Assembly: GCA_965153455.1 (NCBI GenBank)
Contig: OZ234494.1
Span: forward strand, 6,200,001 to 6,264,000
Length of the DNA stretch: 64,000 nucleotides
Direction of reading: 5' to 3'
Source: Sphagnum compactum
Taxonomy: Eukaryota
Part shown: positions 1-14,628 of the stretch, in pieces
Numbering within the stretch: position 1 is the first letter of the stretch
Layout of the letters: each line of letters starts with the position of its first letter
Program-made: the position numbers and the translations under genes
The notes under the pieces: generated by a model
The model's input: the letters and a program-made list of their open reading frames with translations, nothing else
What the model was told of the DNA's origin: nothing
Databases searched by the model: none

Positions 1-175
1 TGATGTGAATCGAAACGAGGGCTACCCACCATTGATGTTCACATCAACGGAGCCCTCCTACTACCCACCATTGATGTGAATCGAACAAGGGCTACCCACC
101 GTTGATGTGAATCGAACAAGGGCTACCCACCGTTGATGTGAACATCAACCGAGCCCTCCTACCCACTATTGATGG
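1..175 (+). repeat. Tandem repeat, ~31-39 bp unit, about 5 copies (runs off the window start)
   Basis: TGATGTGAATCGAACAAGGGCTACCCACC(A/G)T and a longer variant recur. Confidence 0.85.
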
Positions 176-409
176 AGGTGGAAATGGAGGCCCCCCCCCC
201 CCCCCACCCCCCCAAAAAGTGCAACCAGCAGATGACAGCCTGTTCCAACTAGGAAAGAAAAAGAGCTCAAAAAGGTACTTGAAAAGATACATTTGGAGAG
301 GATAGGGGACTCATGTTTGGGCTTAGTCAGCAAAACTCTCCACTTGTCGCTTTCCCATTGGTGGGTTTTCAAGAGCCAAACGCTTTCTCATTGGTTGGTG
401 GCTTTAAAC

Positions 410-575
410 AATTGGTGGTTTTGCCATTATTGGTTGCTCAAATTTAATTTTTTAACATTGGTGGCTTTGCCATTATTGGCTGCTCAATTTACTTTTTTAA
501 CATTGGTGGCTTTGCCATTATTGGTTGCTCAATTTTTTTAACATTGGTGACTTTGCCATTATTGGTTGCTCAATT
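410..575 (+). repeat. Tandem repeat, ~42-45 bp unit, about 4 copies
   Basis: ATTGGTGGCTTTGCCATTATTGGTTGCTCAA(T)nAAC repeated. Confidence 0.88.
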
Positions 576-3500
576 GGCTACTCTAATCTAGTCTACTCTA
601 GTCTACCACACACTACTTTTTTAAAATATTACTTGTGTTTTTCTTTTTCTTTCTTTTTCTTTTTTTTTCGGGTTTCATTCTAGACTCAAGCTCAACTTCA
701 AAACTTGGATTCATCTGAATGAAAAAAAATTAAAAAAATAAAAAATAGTCTATTTGCAACACAAAATGGCAAAGCACTACTTTGTGCAACCTAACCTGCA
801 ATCTAAATTTTTTGGAATTTTCGACAACATGGCTAATTTTTTTTCAAAAAATTCAACAACATAAACAATAATAATAATAATAATAATAAAATTTATGCCG
901 AAGTCGCCCATGTACTATAACAACAACCCACCCAACAATTTGTGTCTATTGTTTATGTGGATCTATGGAAGTAAGATTTGAGTGAAACTCGTTGTAAAAC
1001 ATCATCCCCTCACAATGCTGGATGTTACATTTATTTTATTTTATTATTTATTTTATTGGGGTGGGGCCACAAACTGACAAAATCTATTGCAGAGGAAAAA
1101 GCAAGAGTTGGTATTGACTATTAACTTCTGAACATACCTCCTCATCTTGAAGTGTGTCAAAGGATGCATATCCAAAACCCACCATACCATACCCACTACC
1201 CAAACCCTAAACCCTAAACCCTTATCATGAGTCAGATGAAGGAAAACCAAAGAATTTGTAAGAGCTGAGGCAGCAAGGTGAATGAATGGTATCAACCAGT
1301 GTTGGATGGATGGATGGATCTTACTTTTCTTTTTCCTTTTTCCAAATACCCAGTGGGCAGGTTTTTTTTTTTTGTTTTTCTAATTAAATTTTCTAATTAT
1401 TTTATTTTATTTCTTTATTTTAAATTGATTTTTTTTGTTACACATAGGTTATTGAATAATCAGATTTTGAAATTTTTGGTACCCACTTGTTATACCCCCC
1501 CCCCCCCCTTATCAATTTTCTTGGGGTTTTTTGTTTTTTTTTTTTGGTGGTAACACCCACTTGGTATGCTTAAGAGTCAGGTTTCCAATACCCATAATAA
1601 GAATCATCTAGTTTTGTGTCAAGGTAGGTTATTGTGCCCCCTCCCCTCCCCTCCCAAAAAGAATGACCTTGGAATTTTTCTCTCAATTGAAGTCTAGTTC
1701 ACACAATTGTCCACAACTTCTATAACTACAATATCGCAATACCTTGGCAAATTTGGCACACGAATGTCGAATAATTAAGTTAAGTGTAGTTTCTTGGTTC
1801 AACACTTGGGTAGGTAGTTTCAACCTTGGTAAATAATGAAAAAAATCAACCTACTTTTTATACTTAATTGAGATCGAAAGTTTTTTTTTTTTTTTTTTTT
1901 GGGTCTATTTATAAAATAACACCAAAAATATCTATCCAAATATTATTTTTAGTTATATAGAAATCATGACGAGGATCCTAATATGTAGAAGACCTAAGTA
2001 AATTTTATAAAAAATTTATGTAAAAAAAAAATTACAATATCTTTTTGGGATGAGATTAAGTATAAAAATGTTTATAGGCTCAGAGGGGATTTAAAAGTAG
2101 GATTTAGACCTAGTTTTGTGGACTCCAAAATCAAAACACAATTGCACAAAACAATTTTTGATAAGAAAAATATTGGCTAAACGATATAGCCTTTTTTTTT
2201 AAAAGTAAAAGTTGTTGCCGAGTGGGTAAGATTACTAGTAGAAAATAATTCAACAAATTTGAGATGAACTCTCAAGGCATTTTGATAATGATTGGGAAGT
2301 TGAAAATTGAGTTGAAAAGATTCACTATTAAAAAGCTTAAAAAGGGCGCAACCAATATTTCTTAAAGATTTTGGTTGCGCACATTTATAAGCTTGGTTTT
2401 GTTCATTTCCACATATCAACTCTTGTAATGCAAAAATGTGTTACAAATAATTAAATTTATAAACCTGCACAACATTCGCACCAAAAAAATGGAGGTTCAA
2501 ATCTTTTGCATGAAAAGGGTTAAGTAAAGAATTGCTTATTTTTGCACAAGATTGTTTGCAATAATAGTAAGTAGTTTAATTATTTTGTTTCTCAAACAAA
2601 AAGGCTAATGACATCAAATAGACTATATTATGTTTTATAAGTTTTGGAACTTCATACTACAAAAAATTTAGACTATCGTAAAGAAAAACATAAGTTTTAT
2701 CAACATAACAACAAAAATTGACTATAACATTTAAAGGTTTGGTCAAGTTATTTAGCCCGATTCAAAATATTTGCCAATATGACAAGTTTTTTTTTGACAG
2801 TATAATTTCCTATTAAACTAATAATAATATTAAATCTAGTTACATTTATGAAGGTTGTTGCACCCTTTGTCAAAGCTATTAGTATGGGAGGCCACTATTA
2901 GAAATAAAGTCCTAACAAAATTGTCATGTAACACAATGTGAGGTTGACATGCATTACTTATGTTTTATGTTTTATTATTTAGGAAATAAAAACCTAACAA
3001 ACATACCGTTTTTTTAATGTAAAGAAAAAACCAACATCACTTACTTGAATTTAAGGATGTTGAAAAGGAGAGGAAAAAGATTTTTAAAATAATAATAATG
3101 ATCCTATGTTGATGAAAATTACTATTATATGAAAAAAAAACCCAAGAGATTGAAAAAAAATCTCCATATATTATTTTATTTCATTGTAGTGGCTTGACAA
3201 GTTGAAAATGGTGACAAGTCAAAAATATATTGTGTAATTTTCAAGGTAGAACTTTGTTTCAACTGAATTACAAAAAAAAAATACCATATAAAAAAAACAA
3301 GGCGGTTTTATTGCATACTTTGCTTTTAACGCAAATGCCACATGTATTTTGTATTAAATTAAAAAAAAACCACACCAAAACATGGTCACAATTGTTGTAC
3401 CTTCAGCCTTCTATAATCAAAATCTAGTTTTATTATACAAACAATTCCAGTCCACTTTAATCTATCATATGGATATTAAAAAAAATCTTGATTTAAAAAC

Positions 3501-3899
3501 AATATCAGTTTTTCAACAACTTTTTGAACTTATTTTTTACATGTATAATTATTTATGTTTTTGCTTAAATCAACCAATACAAGCAAAGTAATATGTCAAC
3601 AAAAATGGTTAATGATGTCCGAACATGGGCATAATGTGGCTTTATTATTTTATGTTTGATTTGTCATGGGACAAGAGATGAAAGAATTTAATAGGGTGAT
3701 TTAATCACCAAAGGATTATAACCACTTATTAACTTAAAAGCCCACTTTGCTAATTAAGGACACAAAGCTTGATCAATAGAGTTGGGCCACTATATAGCAA
3801 AGTTTTTTTGCCCATTTGGAAAATCGCAAAAAAAATTGGAAAATTCCTACAAAAAACATTTTGTTAAAAAAAACAGTAATATCAAATATTGTCAATATT

Positions 3900-4640
3900 T
3901 AAGCTAATAGATGATTTGTTCTTCTAACAAATAACGAGATTTGAATTCATGTTTTCAAATTCAGAATTTGACACTTTCACCTATTAAGATATACTCACCC
4001 TTTTATTTCCCAATTTAAACATTAGCATACTCACTATCAAATTTGAACTGATAAGTCATAGGAACATATTTTGAAATTGTTGAAATAGATTTCAAATTAT
4101 GATTCAATAATGCATGTGAGTTGGTGAAGAAGAAAACAAACAATAGAAAACATACTCATATTTTTCCCACCATTGAAACACTAAAGAAGACATATAATAT
4201 CCTTCACATCCATTTGGTAATGTTTGAAAATTGAAATTTTTTTATATTTGACAAGTTTTTTAATTGCGTCACTTGTGATGGTATTTAGATTTGAATCTTC
4301 ATCATTTCCTTGGTTTACAAAATCACTTTTAAATTCTACCATTGGATGCACATGGTGATGACATTTTAAGAACATAGGGAACAAAGATTTCCTATCATAT
4401 TCTTCAACAATAGTCACACCTTGCTCACAACCAATGAATGAATGCATTCAACAAAACTTTTTAGACCTAGGGTCAAACATCAATGGAAACACATTATGGG
4501 TTTTTCTTTTTTCACAATTCCTTATAGGAATCCAAAACATCACAAACTCCATTTTTGTGGTTAGGAGCAAACAAAGTGAATCCAACAACTCCTAAATCAT
4601 CTTGCATCAAATTGTGCAGGGACAATGAGACTTAAACTTT
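3900..4640 (-). mobile_element. Degenerate hAT-like transposase C-terminal remnant
   Basis: ORF 4181-4447 (EEYDRKSLFPMFLKC...YQMDVKDI) continues past a stop into QWWEK, as in the WW motif that begins the hAT dimerisation domain. Many stops and frameshifts. Confidence 0.5.
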
Positions 4641-6339
4641 TTCCCTAAATTTCATGCTCATGGTTATGGCAAATTGCAACACATCATTAAACAACCATCA
4701 ACAATGAAATTAGTTCAAAACACGAATAATCACAACAAGAGAGATCATTCACAATGATTTGAGAGATGTGTCATGTTAGAAGATGTGGTATTCAATTACC
4801 CATTCTTATAATAGTTTCTTTATTACAACAAAAAACAATGGCCTCTCAAAATTATAACATTTATTAAAACATAATTAATTTGCTAACAAACTTGCAAACC
4901 GTGATTCCAACATCAAATGTTAATATTTTCATTTCCAATAAAAACATCAATTTGAAAAATATTTTAAAGTTAAAAATTAAAAACTATTTTTTTTTCACAA
5001 AAATATTCAAGGTGAAAAACCAAAATCAACACAAGCTCTATTCCACTCTTGTTTGCATATCCCATATTTTTAAAGCCAATTTAAACATTTTGTCAAATAT
5101 GCTTGTGTAGATCTAATAAACACATATTAAAATTTTCTACAAACTTCTTTGTCCATTGTAGCATATCGAAGATGCCTTAAAAAAACATGTGTAAACCAAG
5201 TGTCTTGAAAACTTTTCTCCAAACCCAAAGTTTCATAACTCACAACAATATAAATAAAGTCATTACATTAATATTTGGCCTTTCATCTTTCACTTAAAGC
5301 AATGTTTTTTTTTCTTCAACCCATATTGATCCAATAATCCTATTAATTTTATTGCCAAACCTTGTTTTTTAGTTTATATAGCATCAACATCAAATAAATT
5401 GACACGTTGACATGTTGTGGTTGCAATTTACCTCCCAAGAAATTAATTCCAAAAATAAAAACATCAATGTGTGCTCCCATAGACATCCATAAATGAAAGC
5501 TTGTAATTATCCTTTTTGAAAGGGTCTATTGCACCAAAAAGAAATTGAAATTGCACTTTTAAACACATTAGTTTTTTTTTATTGGTTGTTTTCTTAGATT
5601 GCTTCCATTGACTATTCACTTGCTCCTCAATTTTTTGCAATAATAAAATGTTTTAGATCCACATGTTGTCACTCCATTGGATTTGAAATATGATCTTAAA
5701 ACTTTCCTCGACTTAGTTGTTGGATTTGAAGCATTGATTGGACTGTTAAAGGAAAATATACAATATGTGCATTAATATATTTTATAATTGGTGATAGTAC
5801 ACCCTATACTATACTGTATAAATGGTGGTAGGCACTAAATTGAAACAACGTAAATTTTCAAAATTTTCAAAATTATGAATCCCATTATTTTTTTGGTTAA
5901 TAATTATTGCATATGGATTTTGATTTGGGAATCAATCATTCATTGTCCATATAAACTGGGGAATCATTTGCCATGATCTATGTTAGAGAATCCTTGCTAT
6001 AGAAATTAAGTCTTTCCATGAAAATCTTACACCTACAATCCTGATGGAAATGCAAACTTTCTCAAATGTGTTTCAAGCCCTTTGAGAAAACTAGTTGTTT
6101 TTGGGTGTTGTCAAGGAATTCAATGCAAAATTCTCAATGTGAAGGAGATGATCATGGGCTAGCTTGATGGTATCCTCATATCTAAGATACAGAGGTTGTA
6201 CAATTGGTTGCAAATTCAACATACATGTTCCATGAATCTCAATTCTAATGGATACGCATCTGATACTCCGTGGCTCCTAGTTGAGGACGAGGCCTTGAGA
6301 GCTATCCAAAGGTACTACCATGTGGTGAGGATATGTTGC

Positions 6340-6790
6340 CTCAATTTGTGTGGCCTTTGAAAAGAGCTTTTCAAGACCATGTCACACACTCCAATCAACG
6401 GTGATTGGACCCTCTCTTACACATTTCTATGGTCGAAAGTTAAATTATCAATTTGATTCTTGACCATTCTTTTAATGATAACTTATGTTTCAAATTTTCA
6501 AATGGAAAATAAGACCCACTTTAGATATTTGATCTTCAAGACCTTTTCAATGGATTAAAGAAGCTTCAATATAAACAAAGGTTTAATCCCCCAAACCTAA
6601 TTCTAAACATTTGGGACATTGGGGATTCCAATTCCCAAATTAATGTGAATCCACTTTGGAATGTTGGGATTCACTCTCTTGCAATTTCCCACACTTGTGG
6701 GAATGTCTTCAAATCCCATAATACATTTTTACGCTACTATCCTTGTCATGTTTTAGCCTTTGGCACTAGCCCAAAGTTAGGGTTGTGACA
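6340..6790 (+). repeat. Dispersed repeat, copy 1
   Basis: Aligns by eye with 29500-29910: AAATT(A/G)TCAATTTGATT.TTGACC, TTCAAATG, GGGATTCCAATTCCCAAA and CCACACT.GTG are shared in the same order. Confidence 0.65.
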
Positions 6791-9700
6791 TTTACATTAT
6801 TAATGATGTTTTTAAAAGACAAAAAACACTATTTTTGGGCTTTAAAATATGTTGAAAACGTATTTTATAATTATAGGATTACTTTTAGACTTATTCAAAT
6901 GTTAAATTGATATAGATAAACATGATTGCACAAGTTCAAGAAACATTTTCAACACAAATTTAGTTTTTGAAACTTGCAAACATGTTTAAAAAACATTGGT
7001 TACACTTGAAGTGGATTAACATAGTTAGATCCAACCAAAATAATCTATAAACATGTCCTCCATAGTTGGTTTCTCCATTATGGTTTAATTCATGAAAAAT
7101 TTACAACTTTTATTTTCAATTATTATATTTTCATTCCTAATGGATTCCAATAAAGCTCGAAACAACCATGCAAAGGAAGGGTTCTATGAAATTAAAATAA
7201 TTGGAACATTGGTTGTGAAGGAGTTATAACTCAAAATGGAGTGGAGTAAGTTTGAAGGAACATGAAACACAAAGTTGCTCAAACTTGAAGTAAAGTGAAT
7301 GCATAGGAGCACAAGTGAAGGTGTAGAAATAGAAATGTGAAATTGTTAGAGCCGAAAGCAAAGTGAAGGAATAGGAACATCAAAAGGCAAAAGAGTGTAG
7401 GAGCAATAGAAAAAGTAAGAAAAAAAAAAACCAAGGAACATGATAAGGAGTGTGAAACATGAACACAACATATGAAGAACAAAAGTCATTGTGCATTAAT
7501 AAACTTGCAAAACACCAAACACCCAAGAAAGAACAAAAAGAAATCAAAAACTCAAATTTCAAATTAAAACACAATAGTGCAACAAAAACATGAAAGTTCA
7601 AGAATGTTTTACAAATTCAAGCAAAATCAAGCTTTTTCTTGCGCCCTTTCATTCTTGTGGAAGCATTGCTTTTACAAAATAATTGTTGAAAAACCATTAA
7701 GTGCCACCTTAAACCTTAAACCTTAAGTACTTTAATCACTTTAAACCTGAAACTTTGGAAACCATAATCTAAACAAATTAAGCATAGACCTTACCTAATA
7801 AGCTAAACCCTAGACCCTAACTACCTAAACCTCTAACCCTTAGCCTTAAAAATTAAACCCAACTATCCTCCTTTGCCCTACTTGGGTATCTTGTGTGTGA
7901 AAGATGTCTTACGATGTTGGTTCTCATTTTCATGAGAAGCAACGAGACGAATATCATTTTGAGTATCATTTGTTGTGATACCTTTTAGTTTTATGGTGAA
8001 TGCCGATTATAACCTTTGTTGGTTCTCACCCTATTCATGAGAACCACTCAACATTGGAATTAATTGCATCACATACACAAGATCTTGTATAATATCTCTG
8101 TTGTTCACAAAAATGGTGCATTTTTTAAATATACACAAACTCTAAATGTCTTTTTTTTTTCTAAAGTCAAAAGCTATGTGAGGGACAAGAATAGTTTTCA
8201 ACACAAAGAAATCTTAGGCCCAGAAAAACAAGCTATTGTGGAAGGCCCAGAATTTTTTGTTCATTTTCAATTGAAACAACAAAATGGTCCCACACAACTT
8301 CCGTGTTGTGTCCATTGATATTTTCAAAAGGGCTAATGCACTAGATGTTGAAACGTTATCACAATGTGGTCTTAAAACTTCAACTATAATATATCATCAT
8401 CAAAATCATTCATTAAATAACAAAGTTCATAGTCATGTGCATTTTGAAAGTCTTTCATGTTAAAGAATGAAAGCATGCATGAGATTTTATAAATGGTTCA
8501 AAGTTCAACCCATGGATGCCAAATGACAATAAAATTACAAAACCATGAATGCCATTCAGGCCAATAGAGTCACAACAAAACCACAAAGAGCCAAAAGTGA
8601 ACACAAGCATGCAAGAAACACAAAGTTGTCCAAAATCCAAAACTCAAAAGGGGTTGAATGTGAACATTTTCTTGCATAAAGCTTCAACATGAGATTTAAA
8701 CATACATGAGACGACTCGGCAATCTCCATTAAATCAAAAATCCAAGCTCGAATTTGGAAGTTGGATCAAATTAAAGTCAATGTCATGGACAATTAATCTT
8801 GCTCAATCTTCAACACTATTTTACATAAAACTTCAACACAAACTTCAATTGATTGAGAACTCAATATTTTAAGGTCAAAGGATTAAGAACCTACTTGGGT
8901 AGAGTATGGAAAGCTTTACGTCAATTTTTAAATAAAAAAAAGTGATACATGACCAATAAGGGCCTTGTCCAATCTTTATAATATATATAGGGGGGTTAGG
9001 TTTTCTTCTTAGTTTTTAATCAAATTCAAAGTAGAAATGTAAGTTACTAATAACCAACCCTTGGACTGTTGTTTATAACTGGCCGATTTTCAGTAAATGG
9101 CTCACATTGGTATATATAGATAATAATAATAATAATAATAATAATACTATTATTATTATTATCTATATATACATATATAATTACTATTCTTTATTATTAT
9201 TTTTGAAATTGCAAGTTGCAACTGAAAAAAATGGCAAACCACCACACAAGGGCCAAAATTGAAAACAAACATCATAAGATTCATCCTTGGAGTAATCTTT
9301 GTGAAGTCCATGAATTGCATGGTGTTGCCTTATTCGCACCCACCTTCCATATATTGACGTTGGCCATTGGAAGATCCAAAATCACTTAAAAACGAGAATG
9401 GATTTGCAAATGGAAAATACATGCTACCAACCAAACACTTGAACTACCAAGGAAAACAACTCATGGAAAACATCATTGGGGATTCATGGGAAATTAATTA
9501 GTAGTAATTTAGCCTTTTCTAACAATGCAAGGTTGCTTCCTATGTGATAATAATTAGACCCCTTTGCCAAAAAGAACAATAATCTAAGTATTTTTCCATG
9601 GGAAAATGTCAATTCCTTGATATCTTCATATCTATTCAAAACACCTTGGTTCCTTTGCTAACATTTATTACACATCATTAGAACTCAACCATTTTGGGTG

Positions 9701-10999
9701 GGTGTAAATATGAGTGAACCAATTTTTGGACTTTAAAAAAAATAAAATACAAAATGTTTGTCATTTAAATAATCATTTTGATTCAAAAGAAATTTCTATA
9801 GGGACTTAGTTTAAGGATACCAATTTGAATATGTATTTAATTTAGTTATTAAATTCTCATAATTTAAAAAAACACAAGAAATATGGACTTTCAAAATTGA
9901 ACATTATGGACAATAATTTTGATAATAAACTTTGAAAATGGTCCAATTGTTTATGATGTTTTAATTCGGGACTTGATTTTGGTTAGATAACATATTAAAA
10001 ATTTGAAAAGTTTTGCATGATGGCGTTTGTAAAATTTTATCTATGAATTTTTAAACAAGTTTAAAAATAGAAAATTTCAAATTTTCATTAAAAAGTTTAA
10101 TTTTATTTTTTTTTGGAATTATTCTTGTGCACATGTGTTAAGAAAAGGGACGTCTAAATGAATTTTAGATTAAGTGAAAAAAAATGCCCAAAGAACCAAT
10201 GGAAAACTTTTGTAATTCACTCTGACCCACAAAAATATCCTTATTTTGAACTTTAAAAAGTGATAATTTATAGTAGGCCATTGGTTCACTCATTCTTGCA
10301 CCCACCCTTTTTTGAATACTAGTCATTTTGACGATAGACAAAATCTTGCTCAAATAAATAATTAGAGAAATGATCGTTGAATTTAAAGAATAAATGCATT
10401 CACACCTAATATGTGGGCCTCTCTACCTGGGTCTAGCACATCCAAAAATAGTGTGAAAGTTATTTCCCCATCCCCACCCATAAACATGAAATCATAGAAA
10501 GTGTAGAATGAGGGTCATTTAAATGCTATCACATGGGCAATTGCAATATATTTGTAGAATTGCAGCTATAGTCATCACCAATTGTCCCACTATTGTATTT
10601 GTGATCAATAGTAGGTCTAGGGTTTAGGGTTTAGAACAACTTGATATCACATGGTAACATAGAACAATCAAGTCAGCTCGTGTGCACAACATGGTAAGCA
10701 GATTGTGATTGCAAGTGACAAGAAGTAGACTTCGGTAATGTCCACTTTGTTGAAAGTGTTTCCAACCATTGATTGCTCTTGCATGGAATTTTTTTTTTTG
10801 GATTTTTGGATTTTTGCAACTCATAAGTTCAAGTTAGAATCATCATGTTTCTTCTTTGGAAATCAAGCTAAGCTTCATGAGCTTGTTATCAGCTGCTGAA
10901 AGCCACAAAGCTTCACTTGAACAAGTTGACACACCTTTGAGCTCTTTGAGCTTCAACACATCTGCACTTTGATGAATCCAGGGTGCACATAGCACTGAG

Positions 11000-12450
11000 G
11001 GGACTGTGATCAATGAGCAAATTAAGGAGGTGAGTACTTTTAAGGCCTCAACGCAACTCCCTTGATCCCAACAGTTTCATCTAGGAGCCTTAGAAAAAGC
11101 CATGCACTATGACAGCTGCCGATAAGCCCCCCCCGCCCATGAAGGTATGCTACATATCAGCTACCCAACTTCTTTGGCACATGGAGAAAGAGATGGACAT
11201 TGCAAAGCTTCTACACATTCACATGGGTCCAATTGTTTGCCCTGAGATATATGTACATCAAATACATCGCATTCACGAGCAGATTGTTTGTCTTGGAAAG
11301 ATGGCAAGACAAAAAAAAATGGCAATGAATTTCCATGCTTGCTGCTTATCACCGATGTATTATGATTCATTTGGTTTGAAAAGCAGTGTGCCTCCTCCTA
11401 AAGGTTTTCCAAAGAGGCTTGGATGACAGATTCCTTTCTAGCTTTTTTTGCCTCAGATTCAAACTGATGACAGAGAAGCAATTTGCAGACTGGAAAGAAT
11501 AGTTTCCAGGAATTATGATTGTCCTTCACCAAGACAAAAGCTCTGCAAGCTCTGGATTCAAAGGAGATCCAGGACAGGTTACTGCTGCTCAAGGCAATTC
11601 AAGAGTTCAGGTAAGGTTCATTGTACAAGAATTGGGCATCTCGATCAGAGATATACCTTCTCATGCTGCATCAATCAGCAGTAGCAACCAAAGATATTTT
11701 CATTTGTTTTTTTGTCTCATGTTTGTCATGGAACCGGATTCATTTGAACCTAGTCTCTTTGTCTTCATCCAGGATGATGATTGTCTCTGGCTTTAGAGCA
11801 ACTCACTGGTGCTCAGTATGTAACCCTGCAAATTAAAATTGGATGAAGAAAAGTCAAAACATGCCAGTTTGGCTCAGCAAATTGGTTTTGGCACAACATT
11901 CTTGTGATGCAGCAAGAAAGCAGGTTTGGCAACAGATTGAGCAGAAGTTGGGGTGTGGTTGATTGCCCAAGAGATTGAAAATCTGGGGTACATGATGGAG
12001 TCCTGCGAGTGGAAGAAGATGTATCAACTGTGACAAAATGAGGGCAAACTGATGAGGAGAGTATGAGTCTAGTACTCATGGAAAGAGTGCGCCATAAATG
12101 GGAAAGATGTAAAGGAAAATGAAGTTTGTGCAGAAAAGAAAACCAAGAAGCAAGAGGAGGAGCAAAATGCTTCACAAAGAGATTCAGAAAAGGAAAGAAC
12201 ATCTGGTGCAGTTGGAGAAGCTGTAGTATTGCAGGCAGGCTGAAAGGAGAACTGCGACACCAAGGAAAAGGGTTTCAGTTGTGGATGAATAAAGGACTGT
12301 CTATATTTCTGAAAGAACCTCTACTCCAAGTCAACTCCATGAGAACAAAAACTCCGGTATCACCCATAGTCTTTCAAACCCAAAGAAGAAAACAGAACTT
12401 TACAAGACTTTTTCTGCCACCACCAGCCCACTGGTTGCAGGTGTAATGTA
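11000..12450 (-). mobile_element. Highly decayed retroelement-like (possibly LINE ORF1) remnant
   Basis: Coding-like composition with many short broken ORFs and a frameshifted CF.CHQF zinc-knuckle-like trace near 11460-11490. No RT or endonuclease motif seen. Confidence 0.3.
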
Positions 12451-13043
12451 AAGAAAAACCTTAGTTTAAGGGGAAAAAGGAACTTTGAGTAGACAAAGTA
12501 GTGATTTATACTTACAAAGTGTCACACTCAACTAGAAACTCAAATCATACATGTAATCCAAGATATTGAGTTTTGCTGTGTGATCTAAATGATGTGAGTG
12601 AGTGAATTTTCAACACCAAGTGCATCCACTGAGTGTTGCAAAAATGAGTTCTGGGACTTGTATCACATGATTGCAAGAGGAATGAGACTATTTGAGAAGT
12701 TGGCTAGAGACCAGACTATGGATGGGTGACCCTCCAAAGATAACAAATGCCATAAATTCACAGATCACACCTTCAACAAGGAGCAAAACCTATGGTGTAA
12801 TGAGAAGGCTCTCAATCATGCTACTTCTGATTAGTACTTCGTTGGACTCATGGACAAACTAAATATTAGCTACTTATGAGTACCAGCTCTATTTGAACAA
12901 CTACACATTCAAAGGACCATGTTAAACTTTTGTCACTTGATAGTAAAGACACTTCTGAAACTATCAACCACTAAATGGAAAATCAAAAATCTCATTGTAG
13001 GTTCATTAAATCGGTGTAGTGTAATCTAGGAATGCATCTTAAG

Positions 13044-13208
13044 CACTAGAGAATGGGCCCTTGGTGACCAATTCTGCCAGGCAATCAGTCACCAGATAAG
13101 CCTACCACTATAAGCTTGGTGGCTGTGAGCCTGGCAACATTAGCCATCGGACTTGCCTGGTGACCACTTGCATGGCGGAATCAGCTACCGAGGGCCCATT
13201 CCCCTGTG
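13044..13208. mobile_element. Foldback/MITE-like hairpin element, ~165 bp
   Basis: The left arm CACTAGAGAATGGGCCCTTGGTGACCAATTCTGCCAGGCAA pairs imperfectly with the right arm TTGCATGGCGGAATCAGCTACCGAGGGCCCATTCCCCTGTG. Inner pairing continues through GTCACCAG/CTGGTGAC. Confidence 0.6.
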
Positions 13209-14628
13209 TAAATAGCAGATTCCCTGGTGATAAAAACCGGGTAAACTCCCTGTCCAGCAGAGTTCCTCTAGCAGCTGATTCCCCTGGAGAATCGCACCAT
13301 GGGTCCACCTAGTGGGTGGCCATTCTGTTTCATAGTTAGTTGATATTAGTTATTAAGTAGTGAAACAAAGAAACAAATGACCAACAGCATGATTGGAATT
13401 CCATTCATTCCACTGATAAATACTTCAAATCGTGATGGATGCAGCAATCAAAGCAATGTTCAAAATATAAGGTTTACAAAAAACACATTCATGCCAGAGT
13501 TCATTATGCCCTGGGTTGCCCTACTATAAAATCTAGGAGTCTGCGCACAAACTATCAAAGAAATGACAACCCTCACAACAACAGTAAAAGTATCAGTAAA
13601 ACCACAAAAAACAAGCTGTTGTTTCTATGGGATTTTTGCCAATCTTACATCTAGTCTCCTACATTTTAAGACTATAATGGTTCTGGACGCATATTTATGG
13701 GATTGTAGAGACAAGTCCAAAACCAACACTGTGAAGGTAATGCTTCTGTTAGCTTCAGCAAAACAAAGTTGACACTAGAAGAATAAGTGGCCATAAGTCG
13801 ACAAGTTTCAGTCACAAAGTATCAGACCATCACCTCCATTATAAATAGCAGGATTGAGCTGCCATGAGTGCCATTGAACTTCATCAGCTCCCTGCAGTGA
13901 ACTTCATTAGCTCCTAGCAGTGGGTGTAGAGAAGTGTGTATCCTGCAAAATCAATTCAGGACACAAAAGTTGCCTGACATCCCCCCCTTGGGACAAAGAC
14001 AAGTGATGTAATATAGAATCCACATTCTACTCAATAGTCCTGAGGAGCACAACAAAAGAAGGGGACTCCAAGACGAACTAATTATTCCGCTTGTTTTGGA
14101 AAAACCTCTGTCTGTGCACTAGTGGACCCAGTGCCTACACACCAAATGTCTTCCACCCCTGTTGCTTGATTCCTAACAAAATCTGCATGCCCAGTGCATG
14201 ATGGGGCAAACAGGCAGCAAGATGGAGACCGTACTTCATGTGGGAGTTTCCCACAGCACATACACTAATCATCAGAGTTCTGGGACCCTCATCAGAGTGG
14301 GATGATTTCCCATACCTAATCACAAATTTACTCCTCTTCAATTATCAGTCACTTGATATAGCACTACACCCTATGTCAGCACACCTGATTGACCATATGT
14401 CAGGAAGTTACTACTTAACATCAACAAAGCTCTGCCAGACTTGGTTATTATGATACAGTGCAGTGCATCAACCCACATGTGATGAATCAGGACGATGCCA
14501 TATCTATATTTTATAAAGATGGCTGCTCAATTGATGTCAGAATATGAAAACTACAGAAAGCCAAGTGGTTGAGCAGATAATCATATATTGAAACCCTAGA
14601 GCTTTGCCAAATGGCAAGACTCCCCACG

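Noticed and set aside
1-175. ~31-bp repeats resembling CRISPR repeats
   Set aside because: Head-to-tail minisatellite without spacers.
7700-7865. Degenerate AAACCCT telomere-like repeats (also near 1200 and 38960)
   Set aside because: Short, degenerate and scattered through the window; not a telomere or a substantial interstitial array.
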